From the human T2T-CHM13v2.0 reference genome, Homo sapiens, in assembly GCF_009914755.1 (NCBI RefSeq), contig NC_060946.1: a stretch of DNA of 64,000 bases. The stretch is one strand, 5' to 3'. Position 1 is the first letter of the stretch, and each line of letters begins with the position of its first letter. A model generated the notes under the pieces. It had not been told where the DNA came from. It saw nothing but the letters and a program-made list of their open reading frames with translations, and ran no database searches. A program made the position numbers and the translations under genes. Positions 25,630 through 39,920 of this stretch are shown piece after piece.

Positions 25630-28600
25630 TGGTGATGTGGCTTTTTTCTAGGCTCTGCCTAAAGGGGCATTGTGACATATTTTTGCATTGATCACCCAGG
25701 TGGCGAACTCTTCTCTAGGATCTGCCTATGGGTGCATTGTGAGAAATCTCTGCACTGATCACCCAGGTGATGTAACTGTTGTGTAACCTCTGCCTACAGG
25801 AGAATTGTGAGAGATCTCGCCACTGATTACACAAGTGATGTAACTATTGTCTAGGCTTTGCGTACAGGGGGTTTTGTGACATAAATTTGCACTGACCACC
25901 CAGGTGATGTAACACATCTAAGTTCGGCCTAAAGGAGCTTTGTGACATATCTCTGCACTGATCACTTAGGTGATGTAACACTTTTATAATCACTGCCTAC
26001 AGGGAATTTTGACAAATCTCTGCACTGATCACCTAGGTGATGTAACTCTTGTCTACCCGCTGTCCAACGGGTCATTGTGAAATATCTCTGCACTGATCAC
26101 CCAGGTGATTCAACTCTTTACTAGGAACTGCCTACAGAAGTTATTGTGAAATATCTCTGCACTGATAAACTAGGTGGTGTAACCCTTGTCCAAGCTCTGC
26201 CTACAGGGGCGTTTCCACATATCCCTGAACTGATGACAGAGGTGATGTAACTCTTGCCTAGGCTTTGCCTACAGGGAACATTGGACATATATCTGCACTG
26301 ATCACCCAGGTGATGCAACTCTTGCCTAGGCTTTGCCTACAGGGGACATTGTGCCATATCTCTTCAATGATCACTCATGAGATGCATTTCTTGCCTAGGC
26401 TTTGCCTACAGGGGACATTGTGACATATCTCTGCACTGATCTCCCAGGTGCTGTAACTTTAGTCTAGGCTCTGCCTACACGGCATTGTGACATATCACTG
26501 CACTGATCAACCAGGTGCCATAACTCTTGTATAGGCTCTGCCTACAGGGGTATTGTGACCTACCTCTGCACTGATCACCCAGGTGATATAACTCTTCCCT
26601 AGGATCTGCCTACAGGGTACTTTGTGACATATCCCTGCACTGATCACCCAGGTGATCTAACTCTGCTCTAAGCTCTGCCTAAAGGGGCATTGTGACAGAT
26701 CTCTGCACTGATCACTTAGGTGATGTAAGTATTTTCTAGGCTCTGCTTCAAGGGGCCTGGTCACATATCTATGCACTTATCACCCAGGTGATGTAACTCT
26801 TGTCTAGGCTCTGCTTCCAGGGCATATTGTGACATATCTATGCACTGATCACCTTAGTGATGTAACATTTTGGTAGGCTCGGCCTACAGGGGAATCTTGA
26901 CATATCTCTGCACTGTTAACCGAGGTGATTTAACTCTTGTCTAGGCTGTGCCCACAGGGGGATTGAGACATATCTCTGCACTGATCCCGAGGTGATACAA
27001 CTCTTGCCTGGTCTCTGCCTACTGTGGACATTGTGACATATCTCTGCACTGATCTCCCAGGTGCTGTAACTTTAGTCTAGGCTCTGGCTACACGGCATTG
27101 TGACATATCACTGCACTGATCACCCAGGCGATATAACTCTTCTCTAGGATCTGACCACAGGGTGCTTTGTGACATATCCCTGCAATGATCACCCAGGTGA
27201 TATACCACTTGCCAAGGCTCTGCCTACAGGGGCATTGCAATGTATCTCTACACTGATCACCTAGGTCTTGTAGCTATTTTCTAGGATCTGCCTACAGGGT
27301 GCTTTGTGACGTGTCCCAGCAAGGATTACCCAGGTGATGTACCTCTCATCAAGGCTCTGCCTACAGGCACATTGTGATGTATCTCTGCACTGATCACCTA
27401 GGTCACATAACTTTTTTCTAGGCTCTACCTACGATGGCATTGTGACATATCTCTGCACTAATCATCCAAGTGATGTAACTCTTGTCTAGGATGTGCCTAA
27501 ATTAAATTTTTGACATAACCCTGTACTGATCATCCAGGTGATGGAGCTTTTCTCTAGGCTCTGCCTAAGGGGGCATTGTGACATATTTCTGCATTGATCA
27601 CCCAGGTGGCGAACTCTTCTCTCGGATCTGCTATGGGGGCATTGTGAGAAATCTCTGCACTGATCACCCAGGTGATGGAACTGTTGTGTAATCTCTGCCT
27701 ACAGGGGAATTGTGAGAGATCTCATCACTGATTACCCAAGTGATGTAACCGTTGTCTAGGCATTGCATACAGTGGGCTTTGTGACATACCTTTGCACTGA
27801 TCACCCAGGTGATGTAACACTTCTAAGTTCGGCCTAAAGGAGCTTTGTGACATATCTCTGCACTGATCACTTAGGTGATGTAACACTTTTATAATCACTG
27901 CCTGCAGGGAATTTTGACAAATCTCTGCACTGATCACCTAGGTGATGTAACTCTTGTCTACCCTCTGTCCAACGGGGCATTGTGAAATATCTCTGCACTG
28001 ATCACCCAGGTGATTCACCTCTTGACTAGGAACTGCCTACAGAGGTTATTGTGAAATATCTCTGCACTGATAAACTAGGTGGTGTAACCCTTGTCCAAGC
28101 TCTGCCTACAGGGGCGTTTCCACATATCCCTGAACTGGTGACAGAGGTGATGTAACACTTGCCTAGGCTTTGCCTACAGGGAACATTGGACATATATCTG
28201 CACTGATCACCCAGGTGATGCAACTCTTGCCTAGGCTTTGCCTACAGGGGACATTGTGACATATCTCTTCAATGATCACTCATGTGATGCATCTCTTGCC
28301 TAGGCTTTGCCTACAGGGGACATTGTGACATATCTCTGCACTGATCTCCCAGGTGCTGTAACTTTAGTCTAGGCTCTGGCTACACGGCATTGTGACATAT
28401 CACTGCACTGATCTACCAGGTGATATAACTCTTGTATAGGCTCTGCCTACAGGGGGATTGTGACCTACCTCTGCACTGATCACCCAGGTGATATAACTCT
28501 TCTCTAGGATCTTCCTACAGGGTACTTTGTGACATATCCCTGCACTGATCACCCAGGTGATCTATCTGTGGTCTAAGCTCTGCCTAAAAGGGCATTGTCA

Positions 28601-31600
28601 CAGATCTCTGCCCTGATCACTCAGGTGATGTAAGTATTGTCTAGGCTCTGCTTCAAGGGGCCTTGTCACATATCTCTGCACTGATCACCCAGGTGATGTA
28701 ACTCTTGTCTAGGCTCTGCTTCCAGGGCATATTGTGACATATCTATGCACTGATCACCTTAGTGATGTAACACTTTGGTAGGCTCGGCCTACAGGGGAAT
28801 CTTGACATATCTCTGCACTGTTAACCGAGGTGATTTAACTCTTGTCTAGGCTGTGCCCACAGGGGGATTGAGACATATCTCTGCACTGATCCCGAGGTGA
28901 TACAACTCTTCCCTGGTCTCTGCCTACTGTGGACATTGTGACATATCTCTGCACTGATCTCCCAGGTGCTGTAACTTTAGTCTAGGCTCTGGCTACACGG
29001 CATTGTGACATATCACTGCACTGATCACCCAGGCGATATAACTCTTCTCTAGGATCTGACCACAGGGTGCTTTGTGACATATCCCTGCAATGATCACCCA
29101 GGTGATATACCACTTGCCAAGGCTCTGCCTACAGGGGCATTGCAATGTATCTCCTCCACTGATCACCTAGGTCTTGTAGCTATTTTCTAGGATCTGCCTA
29201 CAGGGTGATTTGTGACGTGTCCCAGCAAGGATTACCCAGGTGATGTACCTCTCATCAAGGCTCTGCCTACAGGCACATTGTGATGTATCTCTGCACTGAT
29301 CACCTAGGTCATGTAAATTTTGTCTAGGCTCTACCTACGATGGCATTGTGCCATATCTCTGCACTAATCATCCAAGTGATGTAACCCTTATCTAGGATGT
29401 GCCCAAATTAACTTTTTGACATAACCCTGTACTGATCATCCAGGTGATGGAGCTTTTGTCTAGGCTCTGCCTAAGGGGGCATTGTGACATATTTCTGCAT
29501 TGATCATCCAGGTGGCGAACTCTTCTCTCAGATCTGCCTATGGGGGCATTGTGAGAAATCTCTGCACTGATCACCCAGGTGATGTAACTGTTGTGTAACC
29601 TCTGCCCACAGGGGAATTGTGAGAGATCTCGTCACTGATTACCCAAGTGATGTAACCTTTGTCTAGGCTTTGCATACAGGAGGCTTTGTGACATAACTTT
29701 GCTCTGATCACTCAGGTGATGTAACACATCCAAGTTCGGCCTAAAGGAGCTTTGTGACATATCTCTGCACTGATCACTTAGGTGATGTAACACTTTTATA
29801 ATCACTGCCTACAGGGAATTTTGACAAATCTCTGCACTGATCACCTAGGTGATGTAACTCTTGTCTACCCTCTGTCCAACGGGGCATTGTGAAATATCTC
29901 TGCACTGATCAACCAGGTGATTCAACTCTTGACTAGGAACTGCCTACAGAGGTTATTGTGAAATATCTCTGCACTGATAAACTAGGTGGTGTAACCCTTG
30001 TCCAAGCTCTGCCTACAGGGGCGTTTCCACATATCCCTGAACTGATGACAGAGGTGATGTAACTCTTGCCTAGGCTTTGCCTACAGGGAACATTGGACAT
30101 ATATCTGCACTGATCACCCAGGTGATGCAACTCTTGCCTAGGCTTGGCCTACAGGGGACATTGTGACATATCTCTTCAATGATAACTCATGTGATGCATC
30201 TCTTGCCTAGGCATTGCCTACAGGGGACATTGTGACATATCTCTGCACTGATCCCCCAGGTGCTGTAACTTCAGTCTAGGCTCTGGCTACACGGCATTGT
30301 GACATATCACTGCACTGATCAACCAGGTGATATAACTCTTGTATAGGCTCTGCCTACAGGGGGATTGTGACCTACCTCTGCACTGATCACCCAGGTGATA
30401 TAACTCTTCTCTAGGATCTACCTACAGGGTACTTTGTGACATATCCCTGCACTGATCACCCAGGTGATCTATCTCTGGTCTAAGCTCTGCCTAAAGGGGC
30501 ATTGTGACAGATCTCTGCACTGATCACTCAGGTGATGTAAGTATTGTCTAGGCTCTGCTTCAAGGGGCCTTGTCACATATCTCTGCACTGATCACCCAGG
30601 TGATGTAACTCTTGTCTAGGCTCTGCTTCCAGGGCATATTGTGACATATCTATGCACTGATCACCTTAGTGATGTAACACTTAGGTAGGCTCGGCCTACA
30701 GGGGATTCTTGACATATCTCTGCACTGTTAACCGAGGTGATTTAACTCTTGTCTAGGCTGTGCCCACAGGGGGATTGAGACATATCTCTGCACTGATCCC
30801 CAGGTGATACAACTCTTGCCTGGTCTCTGCCTACTGTGGACATTGTGACATATCTCTGCACTGATCTCCCAGATGCTGTAACTTTAGTCTAGGCTCTGGC
30901 TACACGGCATTGTGACATATCACTGCACTGATCACCCAGGCGATATAACTCTTCTCTAGGATCTGACCACAGGGTGCTTTGTGACATATCCCTTCAATGA
31001 TCACCCAGGTGATATACCACTTGCCAAGGCTCTGCCTACAGGGGCATTGCAATGTATCTCTGCACTGATCACCTAGGTCTTGTAGCTATTTTCTAGGATC
31101 TGCCTACAGGGTGCTTTGTGACGTGTCCCAGCAAGGATTACCCAGGTGATGTACCTCTCATCAAGGCTCTGCCTACAGGCACATTGTGATGTATCTCTGC
31201 ACTGATCACCTAGGTCATGTAAATTTTGTCTAGGCTCTACCTACGATGGCATTGTGACATATCTCTGCACTAATCATCCAAGTGATGTAACTCTTGTCTA
31301 GGATGTGCCTAAATTAACATTTGACATAACCCTTTACTGATCATCCAGGTGATGGAGCTTTTGTCTAGGCTCTGCCTAAGGGGGCATTGTGACATATTTC
31401 TGCATTGATCACCCAGGTGGCGAACTCTTCTCTCGGATCTGCCTATGGGGGCATTGTGAGAAATCTCTGCACCGATCACCCAGGTGATGTAACTGTTGTG
31501 TAAACTCTGCCTACAGGGGAATTGTGAGAGATCTCGCCACTGATTACCCAAGTGATGTAACAGTTGTCTAGGCTTTGCGTACAGGGGGCTTTGTGACATA

Positions 31601-31820
31601 CCTTTGCACTGATCACCCAGGTGATGTAACACATCTAAGTTCGGCCTAAAGGAGCTTTGTGACATATCTCTGAACTGATCGCTTAGGTGATGTAACACTT
31701 TTATAATCACTGCCTACAGGGAATTTTGACAAATCTCTGCACTGATCACCTAGGGGATGTAACTCTTGTCTACTCTCTGTCCAACGGGGCATTGTGAAAT
31801 ATCTCTGCACTGATCACCCA

Positions 31821-34800
31821 GGTGATTCTACTCTTGACTAGGAACTGCCTACAGAGGTTATTGTGAAATATCTCTGCACTGATAAACTAGGTGGTGTAAC
31901 CCTTGTCCAAGCTCTGACTACAGGGGCGTTTCCACATATCCCTGAACTGATGACAGAGGTGATGTAACACTTGCCTAGGCTTTGCCTACAGGGAACATTG
32001 GACATATATCTGCACTGATCACCCAGGTGATGCAACTCTTGCCTAGGCTTTGCCTACAGGGGACATTGTGACATATCTCTTCAATGATCACTCATGTGAT
32101 GCATCTATTGCCTAGGCTTTGCCTATAGGGGACATTGTGACATATCTCTGCACTGGTCTCCCAGGTGCTGTAACTTTAGTCTAGGCTCTGGCTACACGGC
32201 ATTGTGACATATCACTGCACTGATCAACCAGGTGATATAACTCTTGTATAGGCTCTGCCTACAGGGGGATTGTGACCTACCTCTGCACTGATCACCCAGG
32301 TGATATAACTCTTCTCTAGGATCTTCCTACAGGGTACTTTGTGACATATCCCTGCACTGATCACCCAGGTGATCTATCTCTGGTCTAAGCTCTGCCTAAA
32401 GGGGCATTGTGACAGATCTCTGCACTGATCACTCAAGTGATGTAAGTATTGTCCAGGCTCTGCTTCAAGGGGCCTTGTCACATATCTCTGCACTGATCAC
32501 CCAGGTGATGTAACTCTTGTCTAGGCTCTGCTTCCAGGGCATATTGTGACATATCAATGCACTGATCACCTTAGTGATGTAACACTTTGGTAGGCTCGGC
32601 CTACAGGGGAATCTTGACATATCTCTGCACTGTTAACCGAGGTGATTTAACTCTTGTCAAGGCTGTGCCCACAGGGGGATTGAGACATATCTCTGCACTG
32701 ATCCCGAGGTGATACAACTCTTGCCTGGTCTCTGCCTACTGTGGACATTGTGACATATCTCTGCACTGATCTCCCAGGTGCTGTAACTTTAGTCTAGGCT
32801 CTGGCTACACGGCATTGTGATATATCACTGCTCTGATCAACCAGTTGATATAACTCCTGTATAGGCTCTGCCTACAGGGGGTTTGTGACCTACCGTTGCA
32901 CTGTTCACCCAGTTGATAAAACTCTTCTCTAGGATCTGCCTACAGGGTGCTTTGTGACATATCCCTGCACTGATCACCCAGGTGATCTAACTCTGGTCTA
33001 AGCTCTGCCTAAAGGGGCATTGTGAAAAATCTCTGCACTGATAACTCAGGTGATGTAACTATTGTCCAGGCTCTGCTTCCAGGGCATATTGTGACATATC
33101 TATGCACTGATCACCTTAGTGATGTAACACTTGTGTAGGCTCGGCCTACAGCGGAATTTTGACATATCTCAGCACTGTTAAACGAGGTGATTTAACTCTT
33201 GTCTAGGCTGTGCCCACAGGGGGATTGAGACAAATCTCTGCACTGATCCCGAGGTGATCCAACTCTTGCTTCGTCTCTGTCTACTGGGGACATAGTGACA
33301 TATCTCTGCACTGATCTCCCAGGTGCTGTAAATTTAGTCTAGGCTCTGGCTACAAGGCATTGTGACATATCACTGCACTGATCACCCAGGCGATACAGCA
33401 CTTTTCTGGGATCTGCCTACAATGGTCTTGTGACATATCACAGCACTGATCACCCAGGCGATATAACTCTTCTCTAGGATCTGACCACAGGGTGCTTTGT
33501 GACATATCCCTGCAATGATCACCCAGGTGATATACCACTTGCCAAGGCTCTGCCTACAGGGGCATTGCAATGTATCTCTGCACTGATCACCTAGGTCTTG
33601 TAGCTATTTTCTAGGATCTGCCTACAGGGTGCTTTGTGAAGTGTCCCAGCAAGGATTACCCAGGAGATGTACCTCTCATCAAGGCTCTGCCTACAGGCAC
33701 ATTGTGATGTATCTCCGCACTGATCACCTAGGTCATGTAACTTTTTTCTAGGCTCTACCTACGATGGCATTGTGACATATCTCTGCACTAATCAACCAAG
33801 TGATGTAACTCTTGTCTAGGATGTGCCTAAATTAACTTTTTGACATAACCCTGTACTGATCATCCAGGTGATGGAGCTTTTGTCTATGCACTGGCTAAGG
33901 GGGCATTGTGACATACTTCTGCATTGATCACCCAGGTGGCGAACTCTTCTCTCAGATCTGCCTATGGGGGCATTGTGATAAATCTCTGCACTGATCACCC
34001 AGGTGATGTAACTGTTGTGTAACCTCTGCCTACAGGGGAATTGTGAGAGATCTCGTCACTGATTACACAAGTGATGTAACCGTTGTCTAGGCTTTGCGTA
34101 CAGGGGGCTTTGTGACACACCTTTGCACTGATCACCCAGGTGATGTAACACATCTAAGTTCGGCCTAAAGGAGCTTTGTGACATATCTCTGCACTGATCG
34201 CTTAGATGATGTAACACTTTTATAATCACTGCCTACAGGGAATTTTGACAAATCTCTGCACTGATCACCTAGGTGATGTAACTCTTGTCTACCCTCTGTC
34301 CAACGGGGCATTGTGAAATATCTCTGCACTGATCACCCAGGTGATTCTACTCTTGACTAGGAACTGCCTACAGAGGTTATTGTGAAATATCTCTGCACTG
34401 ATAAACTAGGTGGTGTAACCCTTGTCCAAGCTCTGACTACAGGGGCGTTTCCACATATCCCTGAACTGATGACAGAGGTGATGTAACTCTTGCCTAGGCT
34501 TTGCCTACAGGGAACATTGGACATATATCTGCACTGATCACCCAGGTGATGCAACTCTTGCCTAGGCTTTGCCTACAGGGGACATTGTGACATATCTCTT
34601 CAATGATCACTCATGTGATGCATCTCTTGCCTAGGCTTTGCCTATAGGGGACATTGTGACATATCTCTGCACTGGTCTCCCAGGTGCTGTAACTTTAGTC
34701 TAGGCTCTGGCTACACGGCATTGTGACATATCACTGCACTGATCAACCAGGTGATATAACTCTTGTATAGGCTCTGCCTACAGGGGGATTGTGACCTACC

Positions 34801-37800
34801 TCTGCACTGATCACCCAGGTGATATAACTCTTCTCTAGGATCTTCCTACAGGGTACTTTGTGACATATCCCTGCACTGATCACCCAGGTGATCTATCTCT
34901 GGTCTAAGCTCTGCCTAAAGGGGCATTGTGACAGATCTCTGCACTGATCACTCAAGTGATGTAAGTATTGTCCAGGCTCTACTTCAAGGGGCCTTGTCAC
35001 ATATCTCTGCACTGATCACCCAGGTGATGTAACTCTTGTCTAGGCTCTGCTTCCAGGGCATATTGTGACATATCTATGCACTGATCACCTTAGTGATGTA
35101 ACACTTTGGTAGGCTCGGCCTACAGGGGAATCTTGACATATCTCTGCACTGTTAACCGAGGTGATTTAACTCTTGTCAAGGCTGTGCCCACAGGGGGATT
35201 GAGACATATCTCTGCACTGATCCCGAGGTGATACAACTCTTGCCTGGTCTCTGCCTACTGTGGACATTGTGACATATCTCTGCACTGATCTCCCAGGTTC
35301 TGTAACTTTAGTCTAGGCTCTGGCTACACGGCATTGTGACATATCACTGCTCTCATCAACCAGTTGATATAACCCATGTATAGGCTCTGCCTACAGGGGA
35401 TTTGTGACCTACCGTTGCAATGTTCACCCAGTTGATAAAACTCTTCTCTAGGATCTGCCTACAGGGTGCTTTGTGACATATCCCTGCACTGATCACCCAG
35501 GTGATCTAACTCTGGTCTAAGCTCTGCCTAAAGGGGCATTGTGAAAAATCTCTGCACTGATAACTCAGGTGATGTAACTATTGTCCAGGCTCTGCTTCCA
35601 GGGCATATTGTGACATATCTATGCACTGATCACCTTAGTGATGTAACACTTGTGTAGGCTCGGCCTACAGCGGAATTTTGACATATCTCAGCACTGTTAA
35701 ACGAGGTGATTTAACTCTTGTCTAGGCTGTGCCCACAGGGGGATTGAGACAAATCTCTGCACTGATCCCGAGGTGATCCAACTCTTGCTTCGTCTCTGTC
35801 TACTGGGGACATAGTGACATATCTCTGCACTGATCTCCCAGGTGCTGTAAATTTAGTCTAGGCTCTGGCTACAAGGCATTGTGACATATCACTGCACTGA
35901 TCACCCAGGCGATACAGCACTTTTCTGGGATCTGCCTACAATGGTCTTGTGACATATCACAGCACTGATCACCCAGGCGATATAACTCTTCTCTAGGATC
36001 TGACCACAGGGTGCTTTGTGACATATCCCTGCAATGATCACCCAGGTGATATACCACTTGCCAAGGCTCTGCCTACAGGGGCATTGCAATGTATCTCTGC
36101 ACTGATCACCTAGGTCTTATAGCTATTTTCTAGGATCTGCCTACAGGGTGCTTTGTGAAGTGTCCCAGCAAGGATTACCCAGGAGATGTACCTCTCATCA
36201 AGGCTCTGCCTACAGGCACATTGTGATGTATCTCCGCACTGATCACCTAGGTCATGTAACTTTTTTCTAGGCTCTACCTACGATGGCATTGTGACATATC
36301 TCTGCACTAATCATCCAAGTGATGTAACTCTTGTCTAGGATGTGCCTAAATTAACTTTTTGACATAACCCTGTACTGATCATCCAGGTGATGGAGCTTTT
36401 GTCTATGCACTGGCTGAGGGGGCATTGTGACATACTTCTGCATTGATCACCCAGGTGGCGAACTCTTCTCTCAGATCTGCCTATGGGGGCATTGTGATAA
36501 ATCTCTGCACTGATCACCCAGGTGATGTAACTGTTGTGTAACCTCTGCCTACAGGGGAATTGTGAGAGATCTCGTCACTGATTACACAAGTGATGTAACC
36601 GTTGTCTAGGCTTTGCGTACAGGGGGCTTTGTGACATACCTTTGCACTGATCACCCAGGTGATGTAACACATCTAAGTTCGGCCTAAAGGAGCTTTGTGA
36701 CATATCTCTGCACTGATCGCTTAGATGATGTAACACTTTTATAATCACTGCCTACAGGGAATTTTGACAAATCTCTGCACTGATCACCTAGGTGATGTAA
36801 CTCTTGTCTACCCTCTGTCCAACGGGGCATTGTGAAATATCTCTGCACTGATCACCCAGGTGATTCTACTCTTGACTAGGAACTGCCTACAGAGGTTATT
36901 GTGAAATATCTCTGCACTGATAAACTAGGTGGTGTAACCCTTGTCCAAGCTCTGACTACAGGGGCGTTTCCACATATCCCTGAACTGATGACAGAGGTGA
37001 TGTAACACTTGCCTAGGCTTTGCCTACAGGGAACATTGGACATATATCTGCACTGATCACCCAGGTGATGCAACTCTTGCCTAGGCTTTGCCTACAGGGG
37101 ACATTGTGACATATCTCTTCAATGATCACTCATGTGATGCATCTCTTGCCTAGGCTTTGCCTATAGGGGACATTGTGACATATCTCTGCACTGGTCTCCC
37201 AGGTGCTGTAACTTTAGTCTAGGCTCTGGCTACACGGCATTGTGACATATCACTGCACTGATCAACCAGGTGATATAACTCTTGTATAGGCTCTGCCTAC
37301 AGGGGGATTGTGACCTACCTCTGCACTGATCACCCAGGTGATATAACTCTTCTCTAGGATCTTCCTACAGGGTACTTTGTGACATATCCCTGCACTGATC
37401 ACCCAGGTGATCTATCTCTGGTCTAAGCTCTGCCTAAAGGGGCATTGTGACAGATCTCTGCACTGATCACTCAAGTGATGTAAGTATTGTCCAGGCTCTG
37501 CCTCAAGGGGCCTTGTCACATATCTCTGCACTGATCACCCAGGTGATGTAACTCTTGTCTAGGCTCTGCTTCCAGGGCATATTGTGACATATCTATGCAC
37601 TGATCACCTTAGTGATGTAACACTTTGGTAGGCTCGGCCTACAGGGGAATCTTGACATATCTCTGCACTGTTAACCGAGGTGATTTAACTCTTGTCAAGG
37701 CTGTGCCCACAGGGGGATTGAGACATATCTCTGCACTGATCCCGAGGTGATACAACTCTTGCCTGGTCTCTGCCTACTGTGGACATTGTGACATATCTCT

Positions 37801-38563
37801 GCACTTATCTCCCAGGTGCTGTAACTTTAGTCTAGGCTCTGGCTACACGGCATTGTGACATATCACTGCTCTGATCAACCAGTTGATATAACTCATGTAT
37901 AGGCTCTGCCTACAGGGGGTTTGTGACCTACCGTTGCACTGTTCACCCAGTTGATAAAACTCTTCTCTAGGATCTGCCTACAGGGTGCTTTGTGACATAT
38001 CCCTGCACTGATCACCCAGGTGATCTAACTCTGGTCTAAGCTCTGCCTAAAGGGGCATTGTGAAAAATCTCTGCACTGATAACTCAGGTGATGTAACTAT
38101 TGTCCAGGCTCTGCTTCCAGGGCATATTGTGACATATCTATGCACTGATCACCTTAGTGATGTAACACTTGTGTAGGCTCGGCCTACAGCGGAATTTTGA
38201 CATATCTCAGCACTGTTAAACGAGGTGATTTAACTCTTGTCTAGGCTGTGCCCACAGGGGGATTGAGACAAATCTCTGCACTGATCCCGAGGTGATCCAA
38301 CTCTTGCTTCGTCTCTGTCTACTGGGGACATAGTGACATATCTCTGCACTGATCTCCCAGGTGCTGTAAATTTAGTCTAGGCTCTGGCTACAAGGCATTG
38401 TGACATATCACTGCACTGATCACCCAGGCGATACAGCACTTTTATGGGATCTGCCTACAATGGTCTTGTGACATATCACAGCACTGATCACCCAGGCGAT
38501 ATAACTCTTCTCTAGGTTCTGACCACAGGGTGCTTTGTGACATATCCCTGCAATGATCACCCA
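31821..38563. repeat. 37-monomer HOR variant (2519 bp), ~2.7 tandem copies
   Basis: Marker spacing 31838->34357->36876 = 2519 twice; ORFs 33350/35869, 33382/35901 and 33816/36335 are offset by 2519. Each copy carries the divergent 613-bp block (32844-33456, 35363-35975, 37882-38494). Confidence 0.92.
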
Positions 38564-39920
38564 GGTGATCTATCTCTGGTCTAAGCTCTGCCTAAAGGGG
38601 CATTGTGACAGATCTCTGCACTGATCACTCAGGTGATGTAAGTATTGTCTAGGCTCTGCTTCAAGGGGCCTTGTCACATATCTCTGCACTGATCACCCAG
38701 GTGATGTAACTCTTGTCTAGGCTCTGCTTCCAGGACACATTGTGACATATCTATGCACTGATCACCTTAGTGATGTAACACTTTGGTAGGATCGGCTTAC
38801 AGGGTAATCTTGACATATCTCTGCACTGTTAACCGAGGTGATTTAACTCTTGTCTAGGCTGTGCCCACAGGGGGATTTAGACATATCTCTGCACTGATCC
38901 CGAGGTGATACAACTCTTGCCTGGTCTCTGCCTTCTGTGGACATTGTGACATATCTCTGTACTGATCTCCCAGGTGCTGTAACTTTAGTCTAGGCTCTGG
39001 CTACACGGCATTGTGACATATCACTGCACTGATCACCCAGGCGATATAACTCTTCTCTAGGATCTGACCACAGGGTGCTTTGTGACATATCCCTGCAATG
39101 ATCACCCAGGTGATATACCACTTGCCAAGGCTCTGCCTACAGGGGCATTGCAATGTATCTCTGCACTGATCACCTAGGTCTTGTAGCTATTTCTAGGATC
39201 TGCCTACAGGGTGCTTTGTGACGTGTCCCAGCAAGGATTACCCAGGTGATGTACCTCTCATCAAGGCTCTGCCTACAGGCACATTGTGATGTATCTCTGC
39301 ACTGATCACCAAGGTCATGTAATTTTGTCTAGGCTCTACCTACGATGGCATTGTGACATATCTCTGCACTAATCATCCAAGTGATGTAACTCTTGTCTAG
39401 GATGTGCCTAAATTAACTTTTTGACATAACCCTGTACTGATCATCCAGGTGATGGAGCTTTTGTCTAGGCTCTGCCTAAGTGGGCATTGTGACATATTTC
39501 TGCATTGATCCCCCAGGTCGCGAACTCTTCTCTAGGATCTGCCTATGGGGGCATTGTGAGAAATCTCTGCACTGATCACCCAGGTGATGTAACTGTTGTG
39601 TAACCTCTGCCTACAGGGGAATTGTGAGAGATCTCGTCACTGATTACCCAAGTGATGTAACCGTTGTCTAGGCTTTGCGTACAGGGGGCTTTGTGACATA
39701 CCTTTGCACTGATCACCCAGGTGATGTAACACATCTGAGTTCGGCCTAAAGGAGCTTTGTGACATATCTCTACACTGATCACTTAGGTGATGTAACACTT
39801 TTATAATCACTGCCTACAGGGAATTTTGACAAATCTCTGCAGTGATCACCTAGGTGATGTAACTTTTGTCTACCCTCTGTCCAAAGGGGCATTGTGAAAT
39901 GTCCCTGCAATGATCACCCA
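36859..39920. repeat. HOR structural variant, 45-mer (3062 bp): 37-mer truncated after M16 and joined to M9-M28
   Basis: Spacing 36876->39938 = 3062. Junction ccctgcaatgatcaccca|ggtgatctatctctgg at ~38554-38569. Confidence 0.85.

Noticed and set aside
32844-33456. 613-bp insertion as a mobile element
   Set aside because: It consists entirely of in-register beta-satellite monomers. The flanking direct repeat is the pre-existing M6/M15 homology, not a target-site duplication.
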